In this document: positions 55,601 to 64,000 of the stretch, one piece after another
Layout: each line of letters begins with the position of its first letter
How positions within the stretch are numbered: the stretch's first letter is position 1
Source: Haliotis cracherodii
Taxonomy: Eukaryota
Direction: 5' to 3'
Length of the DNA: 64,000 nucleotides
Assembly: GCF_022045235.1 (NCBI RefSeq)
Contig: NW_027266269.1
Coordinates: 31,558,001 to 31,622,000, forward strand
Program-made: the position numbers and the translations under genes
The notes under the pieces: generated by a model
The model's input: only the letters and a program-made list of their open reading frames with translations
The model's database searches: none
Told to the model about the DNA's origin: nothing

Positions 55601-58600
55601 TGAGTGAGTGAGTGAGTGAGTTGGATTTAACGCCGCTTTTAACAGTATTCCAGTCATATCACGGCGTGTGAGATTAATGTGGGAGGAAAGCTCCAAGTGA
55701 TGCTGTTCTCAGACATTAACCACTTCGGTGTAATCCACGAGCACGGTTATGGTGCTGACAAACCTAGAAATATAATCGGGGCGAACCGGGATTCGAACCC
55801 ACAATCAAAGATTGCTGGCGTACCCAAAGGACGCAACTCTGCACAGCGAATTTCGGGGCCGAAGACGGCTGATCAGCAACCCTGCAGAGTCCTTCGTTTG
55901 GATGACGTCGGCTGGCCTGAAAAGTGAAACAGAAGGCCTTCTGTTTGCTGCTCAGGACCAGTCACTTCCCACTCGAAACAGTCCATTTGTGATTTTGCAT
56001 CCAACTGTAAATGTGAAATGTAGATTATGTAATATTTTAATGAGACTGTCCAACACATTGTGAGTGGATGTCCAGCTTTGGCACAAACACAGTATCTTAA
56101 GCGTCATGATGTGGATCGATCATAAGTGGATCGGGCTTACCTAAAATTATTGTCAACTCGTCGTGTTATGGTTCACATATATTTCCCGAAATATTATATA
56201 TATATATTTCAGATGTAATTTAAAGCACATCTGTACATGCGGAATTATACAGTATGATTGAACACATTTAACTGTGCCTTGGGTATATTTTTAGATGCAA
56301 GACATATGTAAAATCAAAAGTTATTTCTGAGGGATTCCGTGAGAAAGAACTTGAAATCATACGCGCATTCTGATTGGTTTGTCGTATTTTCGCACATAAC
56401 ATTCATCGATAGGGGACGAGCCTTCTTGCAGGTTACGGAAAGGGGCGAGTGGTGACGAATGCAGCACAACACAGTAGCTATAACCAGCACAACAGACACA
56501 AATGCAGTGCCCTCAGGGGACAGGCATTGGTTGCGAGGGGATTATTTTAACCCGTGATCCAAACGGATGTATATCCATAACGTGATAGTATTTATTCCGT
56601 ATATATAACTCGGGCTATATCAATGTATAGAACGCACAATAGCTATATATATCTATATATACATACATGCATGCGCATTTGTCTGTAATAGTTAAAATAT
56701 GTACTCATGAATATTAGCACGCAATACATCTAAGCAAGCTATATTCAACTAATATATTTCGTAACAGGGGTCAATTATATCAATAAACTGTTTGTTAATA
56801 ATTAAGTTGAATAGCCTTAATTATGAGAAATTAAAAGTTGGATATACGTGTAAATTATAAACGATATGATAAACGATTAATATGAATGAAAACAACCCAA
56901 TTAATTTGATTTTGTGACGGTTAACACAGTTTAATATGTACTCCAAATAATCTCTGACCTCTGACCTTTGACCAGTCATGCAGGGAGGCTTTCACCTATC
57001 GTCAATGCCTGATCCAGCTGACCCGCCTGATGGTAACCCTGTGACCTTGACATAATAAATCATGTATTCGGTAACCTTGAACTTGGAAGTATCACATAAC
57101 TGGTTTCCATGACCTCCAATGTTACATATATGTTTGCTTTATGCTGCTTTTATATTGATTAAACATATTAACAGATTTAAATGTAAACATATGTCCAGTC
57201 ATAACCCAGTGAGCTAAAGTTCGTCGAGACGTCAGAAGTGCGAGATATAACCTTGTGATTCTGTGAATACTGGAAACTGTGAAAGTAGTGTTATGTCCAG
57301 GTTATATAAAGTAGATTAATACTGACTTTGTGTAGCGGGGCGTGGAGTCATCCCACTGATGACATCCTTACCTTGTCAGCTTGCTGACAGGGTTAACCTC
57401 TGATCAGAAGGTCCATGGTTCGAATCACATCACAGGACTAGGAAGTTTTATGTCACCCACATTGGCACCAAACGTGGGGCTGAGCACGTTCATATTAAAT
57501 TTGATCAAAATAAGTCTCAGTACCCAATTTTGCGGCCTTGACGTGCCTTCTGTTGACGGGGTTCTCCCTGCTCAAATTTAATATGAATGTAGCGGCAATA
57601 AAACTTCCGAGACCCGTGATGGGATTCGAACCACGTACCTTCTGATTCGAGGTTGGACGCCTTGTCCACATAACGAAGGTAAGGATGTCATGCGTGGGGT
57701 GACTCCTCGTCCTGCTTCGTTTGTTTCGGTCGTCAGTGACTCCACGGTTTAGTTCCCATTTCATCTGATTTCAAGGATGTGTAGTAAATCAATCTTAAGG
57801 GCTTTCTTCTTCATCTTCAGTTCCCGCACCTGCGCAACCATGGGGGCAACAAAGTAAGTCCGTCATTTTCTTCAAGGGGAGACATGTATCATTTTCATTC
57901 ATAATTCATATTTTCCATTTAACTTATACAGTAGCATGCTTAACAGTTAACGTTTCATAATCTCACTTAGTCTCCCGCATAACTTTCATATTCTTGAACA
58001 TTCCTTATGGATATATATATTCCTTACAAGCATATACTCATCATTCATTGTCGTGGTATACCTTGTCTGTGAGACTAACATCTAATTTTCAAGCATGATA
58101 CGGCGTGTCTGTGTCTCCCAAGAGACACTAAATATGGATCCATGAGCGATCACCCACCCCACCCACCCTTTGACTATACAGGTTGTACGTCAAAAGATGC
58201 TTTACCATCATAAGATCAGACAGTTATGAATTAGATAATGGATATTAACGCATCAATACAATTACATCTCCCTTAAGCTGTTTTGTTATCATCTAGTTCA
58301 GAATTTTTAAAGGTTTTGAAAATAGGCCCCGTGTGAACGTTTCCTACCGCGATCTGAAATAGATTCTGTTTGAAATGTTAGTCACACTGGGAGGTGGCAA
58401 GGTTTCACTCTTCCCCGATGTATTTTATAATCGTACGTTTAGTTGATGAAACAAAACTCCCGTTACCTGGATGGTTGCCCGATTTGTGAACCAACTGCTT
58501 TCTTTTAATGCAATGTTTAAATAGTCATATCCTAGGAACATAAAGTTATTATTTCAGACGGACCAGCATGGCAACAAGGCCCGCCTACAGCAGATCCTGC

Positions 58601-61600
58601 AGATACTCCCGGTCAGTTGTTGGCCCCTTGGCTCGGCAGGGCATTTCTTATACTACTCCAACCATTCTAAGGATGCTTGTTTCCTACCCATCACATGGAC
58701 ATACCTGACTAAATGTAGCATTTAAATGCGGATTAACATAATGGATATAAGATGGTTGATAAAAGAAACTAAAAATCCCCTCAAATAACCATTTTCCTTT
58801 GATAACTTTTTTAGAAAGTACATATATATCAGAATGGGTCGACATCATCGTACCCATACAGAATCCAACTTGGCTTTGTAATTCCGAATGATTTTTATCC
58901 TGAAGTTATCCTGAACTATGATCCTTAGCAATGGTTGAGTAGTATGATCATGTTATGGGGCAATGGGTAATTAAATAAGGGTCAGAAGGGGCTATATGAT
59001 GAAGGTGGAGCGGAACAAAGCTATTAAGATATTGCTTCTGTAATCACACTTTGGTACGTACGACTCGATGGTAGTCGGTTGGTTGATGGCTCACCCGAGG
59101 ATCTGCCAAATATATTAACTATATCCATCTAACAGGTATACAGTCATTCACATCTTTCTTTTCCTCCAATCACTGGCATGTCCGATCTGTTCCCATTCCT
59201 TTCGTTAGGGGAATGTTGACATTCATTGTCAATCCAAGCATGTGAGACGTATGCATTTCGTCATCATGATGTCATATTCACCACGTATGCATTACGTCAT
59301 CATGACGTCATATTCACCACGCATGCAATACGTCATCATGACGTCATATTCACCATTCTCCGGATGCATGTTATAACTTATATATCATCTGTATCTGGCA
59401 TGACTGAGTGAATGTTGATTACCGCCGCGACCAGCAATAGTCTAGTTATTTCATGATGGTATGTAATGCATCATATCTGTACCAGACACAGTGACTGAAA
59501 GCATAAACACCAGTCCACTCCGTTGGGTCACGGTGACCCTCTTTGGTCGCATTTTACGAAAGGGGTACAGGAGACATTCTCCCTCTGAATCTCAAAGCAG
59601 ACTCCCTGTTATCGTTTTACACATAACTTAAGGACAAGGCATGTTAACATCGTGAAGATCCAGGGTAGAATAAGTCTTCAGCAACTCATGCTTGTTGTAA
59701 AAGGCGACTATGCTTGTCGTAAGAGGCGACTAACGGGATAGGGTGGTCAGACTCGCTGACTTGGTTCATGCATGTCATCGTATCTCAATTGCGTAGATCG
59801 ATGCTCATGATACCAATCACTGGATTATCTGGTCCAGACTCGATTATTTACAGACCGCCGTCATATAGCTGGAATATTGCTGAGTGCGGCGTTAAACAAC
59901 AAACAAACAAATAAAAACATGCCAGTCACCGGATTGCCATGTCAAGAATCGATTATTTACAGACTGACGTCATATAGCTTTAATATAGCTGATTCAGGCG
60001 TTAAACAAAGACAACAATTACATGTGTTTAGTTATTCATGCTGTTCTGTTTTAAGCTGTTGGCGCCCCGGGGTCACCAGGAAGCAGCACCTCCCTTCTTA
60101 TGTCAGCCCTTTTACCTAATTACCCCAGCGCGGACAAATATAAACCAAACGCAGGTATAGACCCCTTATCCAGAGCTACCTTACCGTATCCCCGTGTCAA
60201 CGCACACCATTATTGACAATAGCTATGGCACTATCTATATGCAGACATGTATAATTTTGATAACAGTTCCAGAGTTAATATGCACATGCATGCTCAAGGT
60301 AAATGCAGATCGCGTTTGTCGCTGACGATACCTGAAGGGGACATACCTGTGTATTGTAATATCCCGTTTTTGTATGTTAAATAATAATAATCATATCTCA
60401 TTTGCAAACATATAAATGACGTCACAGAGGGAGGGATTTTCACATTTTGACTTCGTGACACAAATGGTGACTTTAGCGATGCTTTCTGTCATGTATCCAA
60501 ACTATATCTGCTTCTGTAGCTGTTTCCAAAACTAAAGCCGGACAACCAGCTCCAACAGCTTCCAAGGCTCCATCACCGGCACTCCCATCAGCACCAACTG
60601 CTTCACCCTCTCTGTCACGTGGTCTCGGCGGCAACATGCATAACTACCCTTCCCCACCTACCCCCAGGCCAAGCTCTGGGGGTGACCACCATCCCAGTAA
60701 ACCCAAACCATCTTCCATGTCACGTCCCATAAGTGACTACCTACCCAGCAACGCCCAACCATCTTCCATGTCACGTCCCGTGAGTGATTACCTGCCCAGC
60801 AACGCCCAACCATCTTCCATGTTACGTCCAGTGAGTGATTACCTACCCAGCAACGCCCAACCATCTTCCATGTCGCGTCCCGTAAGTGATTACCTCCCCA
60901 CCAACGCCCAACCATCTTCCATGTCACGTCCCGTGAGTGATTACCTACCCAGCAACGTCCAACCATCTTCCATGTCACGTCCCGTGAGTGACTACCTACC
61001 CAGCAACGCCCAACCATCTTCCATGTCACGTCCCGTAAGTGATTACCTACCCAGCAACGCCCAACCATCTTCCATGTCACGTTCAGTGAGTGACTACCTG
61101 CCCAGCAACGCCCAACCATCTTCCATGTCACGTTCAATGAGTGACTACCTACCCAGCAACGCCCCTTCCATGTCACGCTCCGTCAATGACTATCTACCCA
61201 GCAATCCCTCGTCATCACCTTCCGTGTCACGTCCTGCCAACGGCTACCCATCCAGCGACCCTTACGCAGGTACCCACCACATACGATGCCATGACGTCAC
61301 ACGTCGTCAAACTTGCATGCAAAGATCTTTAAACTGAAATGTTATTTAAAGATTAAACCAATGTGTCATGTTACTTGAAACAATGTTTTCAGTTTGTATT
61401 CCTTTATTTTCTAACATGTGTCAGTTAGATTATAGTCCTAGATAATGCTAATCGTGTGTTGTGTGTAATACATGTAGTTAGACAACTGTAGACAATGTAT
61501 TTAGTGGACCATCTGAATTTATATGTCTTAACTCTCTGTGAGATTAATCACTGAGCATACTGCACAAGGACACTATTTCCTATCAACAGAATTATCATTT

Positions 61601-64000
61601 TAATATTACAGAAAAAAACGTTTTCATTCTCAATAATGTCAGCTGAGTATAAGACACTAAATATCGATGTGTACCTTTGATGTACTTTTCGATGCATGCA
61701 CCTCTGTAGAAACATATTGAGAATGTTTTGTACTTCTTTTAAAGTGCGTAGTTTCCTCAATGACCCTACCAATGGAGCAGCAGTCATTGCCATCCGTCAG
61801 ACATCGCCATAGCTGTTTTTGATGCAGTTCATGTAATTGATGTGATATAAACATAACATCGTGCATTATTCATTAACGCTGTGGGCGCTATTCTAACATT
61901 CCTATATGCTACAAGAGGTTGAGGTTGGACTAAACCACTTACACGGATAATCACCCTGTAATATTCACTGGGTATCTACACACGAGTGTCTCTGTAACGT
62001 GAAACATGTACCGTGCTCTACACGGCTACATATCCACTTGAGTTCAGTATGTTTTTATGCCACTGCAGTATACTGGATAATAAATGCCCGGTGGTCACGC
62101 CCACATCTATCGTTTATTTAATGTAATACAAATAAAATGAAGTTTAATATTTTTTACTTAAGATCCCAAAACAATAAGCACATGTTGTACTACGTTACAT
62201 TCAGATCGAATAGTTTTGTACAGTAAAGTACGTTTATAACGAACACGCTTATAACGAACTGACCGATATAACGAACTTATTTGTAGTCCCGACCATTTGT
62301 TGTATACATGGTTTTTTACAAGATACAGTAAACTACGGTTATAACGAACACGCTTATAACGAACTGACCGATATAACAAACTTATTTTTAGCCCACCATT
62401 TGTTGTATAAATGCTGTATATATGCCTATAATGAACTACGGTTATTACGAACTAAATTAGGGGGTCCCTTTGGGTTCGTTATAACCGTAGTTGACTGTAT
62501 TGTCATGTGATGTTGTTTGTTTGTTTGTCATGATGACTAATTATTGCTGTTGACATGTTACAGCTCAACCAGGCGGAGGCGCTCAATGGCAAGGAGGCAA
62601 GTCTGTCACTGTTATAGAATCAGTGTTGTAAAGCGAGTATGAGTCTTTGCTGTGATATGATTGGCTAAGAACGTGATGAAATTGGATTCGGAATATCCTA
62701 GACTATTCATTGCGCATGGATATTTTCCCCTCAGATCAAAACTTGAAGGATGAGCTATTCTAATTATTTCTATTCCGATGGGTCATTGTTTACTAGAACA
62801 ACTGGGATTTGGTTTGTTTATTTTCAGTTCAGTTATGACTCAATCATCTGACGTCATCAACTGTCTCATGACGTTCACATATAGAGAAAGTGCTTCAGAA
62901 AATAACTGATAGCTTTTGCATATTACAATGTCGATAAACACGATGTGGTTTTAAGATATCTTGGGTTTGTTTACTGTTCGGTGACTAGAAATTTTACTAC
63001 TTGAAATTTTCGGGTACAGAGTATTCACAAAAAACCTCAAATGTGAAAATGCATAATGTTTATATCCTGAAAAAGCAATGTACGTACAAACACAAACGGT
63101 TTAGCCGGGAAGTATAGCAATATTATCCTAAAAAATTAAAGATAACATTTCTGTTTAAGAGGTGGAAGTTCAGCACTGTATATGATTGCGTTATCATCGA
63201 TTATAAACTAACAGTTTTTTGTAACTGTTCCATGTTCCATGTCCCTTTTGAGTACAATCTTTAGGTCATAATGCCAGGATAAAACAGGAATACTGTTCAA
63301 AGCGGCGTTAAACCTAACTAACTCACTCACTCTTTAGGTCATAATGCCAGGATAAAACAGGAATACTGTTCAAAGCGGCGTTAAACCTAACTAACTCACT
63401 CACTCTTTAGGTCATAATGCCAGGATAAAACAGGAATACTGTTCAAAGCGGCGTTAAACCTAACTAAATCACTCACTCTTTAGGTCATAATGCCAGGATA
63501 AAACAGGAATACTGTTCAAAGCGGCGTTAAACCTAACTAAATCACTCACTCTTTAGGTCATAATGCCAGGATAAAACAGGAATACTGTTCAAAGCGGTGT
63601 AAAACCCAACTCACTCACTCACACACTATTCAGGTCATAAAGCCGGGTTATAACTGGAATACTGTTCAAATCGGCATTGAACCCTACTCACGCACTCTTC
63701 AGGCCATAATGTCGTGATATATCTGGAATAATGTTCAAAGTTTAAACCCAACTCACTCACTTACTCGTGATGTCTTATGATGTGACCCAGTACGTCTGTC
63801 CATCTACAATAACATACAGCGTTCCCAAATAATCCCCAGGTATTGCTGCTATCCCAGACATTTATTAATCTCAGATCCACGTCATATGTAAATAAGGGAA
63901 TATATACTGAAACAATTGAGGGTGCTTAACTTAATTCGATGTGTTTATTTTTACACGTACTGTCCATGTTAACTTTGATATCCTTCTCCCTCAGGTTATC
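34114..64000 (+). CDS. Gene 2: secreted Pro/Trp/Gln-rich repetitive low-complexity protein (matrix/adhesive/shell-protein-like); 3' end beyond window
   Basis: Exons 34114-34135, 40961-40984, 42220-42243, 45268-45327, 47472-47507, 49105-49191, 49445-50419, 51223-51255, 54309-54329, 57821-57853, 58558-58611, 60056-60154, 60520-61269, 62564-62596, 63995 onward. All introns are phase 1 and all internal exons are multiples of 3. The spliced N-terminus MVKIVIWALVSTCLTGLVEA|QGG is a typical signal peptide, and accATGG is a strong start context. Confidence 0.85.
36270..40930. repeat. 42-bp satellite array with sequence-variant sub-blocks (gene 2 intron 1)
   Basis: Unit about TTGTTTATTATTCTTGTAGTATGCATAAACCACCACAATAGGAC; variant block 37430-38200 (GACAGTTGTAGAATGC..CTCAATATGAAC); interrupted at about 36950-37360 and by a SINE at 38562. 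Confidence 0.95.
38562..38727 (+). mobile_element. SINE family A inserted into the 42-bp satellite
   Basis: TSD tattattcttgta at 38548-38560 and 38728-38740. Confidence 0.92.
40961..40984 (+). CDS. Gene 2 24-nt micro-exon ALVSTCLT
   Basis: Long pyrimidine tract tttcctttccttgttttcAG, AG|GTAGAT donor. Confidence 0.78.
42220..42243 (+). CDS. Gene 2 24-nt micro-exon GLVEAQGG (signal cleavage VEA|Q)
   Basis: ctgttgttgcAG acceptor, T|GTAAGT donor. Confidence 0.8.
43715..43893. other. Assembly gap
   Basis: Run of N; duplicated sequence on both sides suggests a collapsed repeat. Confidence 1.
44293..44651 (-). mobile_element. SINE family D (tRNA head, Meta/MESC-like core, (TCACC)n tail)
   Basis: Minus strand: GGTTCGATCCCC B box, CATACCAAAAGACGTCAAAAGATGGTACTTGTTGTTACCCTGTCTGGCGCTC core, GACGTTAAAC..(TCACC)n tail; other copies near 4590, 4820, 12818 (-), 19000, 30300 and 48355. 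Confidence 0.8.
44925..45240. repeat. 24-bp minisatellite GTGTTCATGAACGTGTTTGTGATC
   Basis: About 13 units running into the polypyrimidine tract of the exon at 45268. Confidence 0.95.
45268..45327 (+). CDS. Gene 2 exon WNSYFPRSGYNAQWPRNNYM
   Basis: cccccttctttctccAG acceptor; A|GTAATG donor (weaker) gives 60 nt, phase 1-1. Confidence 0.72.
   Translation, partial: GTVTFHVRGITPNGRGTII
46281..46660 (+). mobile_element. Old SINE-like family B copy interrupted by a truncated family A SINE (about 46370-46497)
   Basis: B head, then A body and tail, then B body resumes; gactatga is repeated around the insert. Confidence 0.8.
46775..46952 (+). mobile_element. SINE family A
   Basis: Consensus match with long (ACTC)n tail; further decayed copies near 8745, 17511, 27800 (-) and 34905. 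Confidence 0.88.
47472..47507 (+). CDS. Gene 2 exon MPSQPMHNQWPQ
   Basis: ttctgattcAG acceptor, AG|GTAAGT donor. Confidence 0.82.
48261..48884. mobile_element. Nested insertion: outer MITE containing a family D SINE (48355-48628) and an inner Tc1/mariner-type MITE (48640-48816)
   Basis: Outer TIRs ta|CAGTGAAACCTCGTTA... and ...TAATGAGGTTTCAC; inner TIRs CAGTAAACTACGGTT / AACCGTAGTTTACTG with TA TSD. Confidence 0.8.
49105..49191 (+). CDS. Gene 2 exon APSGGEGHTASPPGSPYYGAQPPDLPDSL
   Basis: ctttgagcAG acceptor, AG|GTAATA donor, 87 nt. Confidence 0.8.
   Translation, partial: HLLEVKVIPPHPRGHHTMEPNPPTSLTV
49445..50419 (+). CDS. Gene 2 large exon, about 25 x 11-aa WQPPPD(G/K)PP(P/Q)(G/P) repeats
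   Basis: catttcAG acceptor, 975-nt open frame (ORF 49690..50430 frame), synonymous third-position variation between units, AG|GTTGGT donor. Confidence 0.92.
51223..51255 (+). CDS. Gene 2 micro-exon ANQRASPYQQP
   Basis: ctctctatttcattAG acceptor, G|GTAAGT donor. Confidence 0.78.
51496..51753 (+). mobile_element. SINE-like family B
   Basis: Consensus match. Confidence 0.9.
52430..53000. repeat. AT-rich degenerate repeat with recurring GATATC/AATTCAATT motifs (probable DNA-element interior)
   Basis: Repeated agatatcttaaattcaatt, with a 21-bp triplet at 52780-52845. Confidence 0.65.
53020..54155. repeat. 11-bp-based satellite (AGTAGTGTCGC with ATAATTATGT variants)
   Basis: Direct periodicity. 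Confidence 0.93.
54309..54329 (+). CDS. Gene 2 21-nt micro-exon AYSQWQQ
   Basis: ttcttttccttcaAG acceptor, AG|GTATGT donor; W-Q-Q motif as in neighbouring exons. Confidence 0.72.
55139..55314. mobile_element. Tc1/mariner(pogo)-type MITE
   Basis: TIRs CAGTAAACTACGGTTA / TAACCGTAGTTTACTG, TA TSD, internal TATAACGAAC repeats; same family as 48640. Confidence 0.9.
55600..55868 (-). mobile_element. SINE family C
   Basis: Reverse complement copy; further decayed copies near 11845 (-), 19950, 23872 and 35161 (-). Confidence 0.88.
55885..56122 (+). mobile_element. Fragment of an R4/Dong-like non-LTR retrotransposon (CCHC zinc knuckle)
   Basis: SFVWMTSAGLKSETEGLLFAAQDQSLPTRN...KCRLC../ETVQHIVSGCPALAQTQYLKRHD with one frameshift. 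Confidence 0.8.
57343..57706. repeat. Foldback element with tRNA-Arg-like inverted arms
   Basis: 57343-57451 is an inverted copy of 57598-57706; inner inverted pair ttcatattaaatttga / tcaaatttaatatgaa. Confidence 0.75.
57821..57853 (+). CDS. Gene 2 micro-exon VPAPAQPWGQQ
   Basis: ttcttcttcatcttcAG acceptor, A|GTAAGT donor. Confidence 0.85.
58558..58611 (+). CDS. Gene 2 exon NGPAWQQGPPTADPADTP
   Basis: ttatttcAG acceptor, G|GTCAGT donor. Confidence 0.83.
59248..59356. repeat. 36-bp tandem triplication rich in palindromes (ATGCAT, TCATGA, GACGTC)
   Basis: CGTATGCATTACGTCATCATGACGTCATATTCACCA x3. Confidence 0.85.
59651..59915 (+). mobile_element. SINE-like family B
   Basis: Consensus match; additional fragments near 2030 (-), 4423, 9090, 20735, 31585 (-) and 59920. 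Confidence 0.9.
60056..60154 (+). CDS. Gene 2 exon AVGAPGSPGSSTSLLMSALLPNYPSADKYKPNA
   Basis: ttctgttttaAG acceptor, AG|GTATAG donor, 99 nt. Confidence 0.8.
60520..61269 (+). CDS. Gene 2 large exon, about 10 x 17-aa PSSMSRPVSDYLPSNAQ repeats
   Basis: ctgcttctgtAG acceptor, 750-nt open frame (ORF 60636..61337 frame), 51-bp units with mostly synonymous differences, AG|GTACCC donor. Confidence 0.9.
62221..62497. mobile_element. Same MITE family with duplicated left end
   Basis: Left ends at 62221 and 62326, right TIR ending 62497, TA flanks; partial relatives near 33400-33575, 35880-36020 and 37090-37208. Confidence 0.85.
62564..62596 (+). CDS. Gene 2 micro-exon AQPGGGAQWQG with GC donor
   Basis: tgttacAG acceptor; AG|GCAAGT non-canonical donor preserves phase 1. 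Confidence 0.75.
63259..63767 (+). repeat. 73-bp tandem repeat derived from the SINE 3' tail
   Basis: Units at 63261, 63334, 63407, 63480 and 63553 plus two diverged units; each contains GGAATACTGTTCAAAGCGGCGTTAAAC..(ACTC)n. Confidence 0.92.
63995..64000 (+). CDS. Gene 2 next exon start (G)Y, truncated by window end
   Basis: tccttctccctcAG acceptor; only 6 nt visible. Confidence 0.55.

Overview
Eukaryotic, intron-rich, repeat-dense invertebrate DNA. The SINE families look molluscan and are most consistent with abalone (Haliotis); this is recognition from memory, not a database result. Nearly all ORF-track entries are artefacts of repeats. Reading splice sites by hand recovers two + strand multi-exon genes that splice in frame throughout. 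Gene 1 (about 6042-22574, 16 exons found, about 545-562 aa, polyA signal 23105) encodes a probably secreted protein with five copies of an 8-cysteine module I cannot assign to a named family. Each module is split by a phase-2 intron at the same codon and joined to its neighbours by phase-1 micro-exons and a P/T/Q/S-rich linker. Gene 2 (ATG 34114 to beyond 64000, at least 15 exons, over 750 aa, every intron phase 1) encodes a secreted low-complexity protein. It has a signal peptide built from three micro-exons, about 25 WQPPPD(G/K)PP repeats, about 10 PSSMSRPVSDYLPSNAQ repeats and one probable GC-AG intron. Introns and intergenic DNA hold four SINE-like families with related 3' tails, TA-flanked MITEs, two R4/Dong-like LINE relics, a Penelope-type hammerhead-like motif, a tRNA-containing foldback and many minisatellites, several abutting or overlapping exon boundaries. 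There are three assembly gaps.
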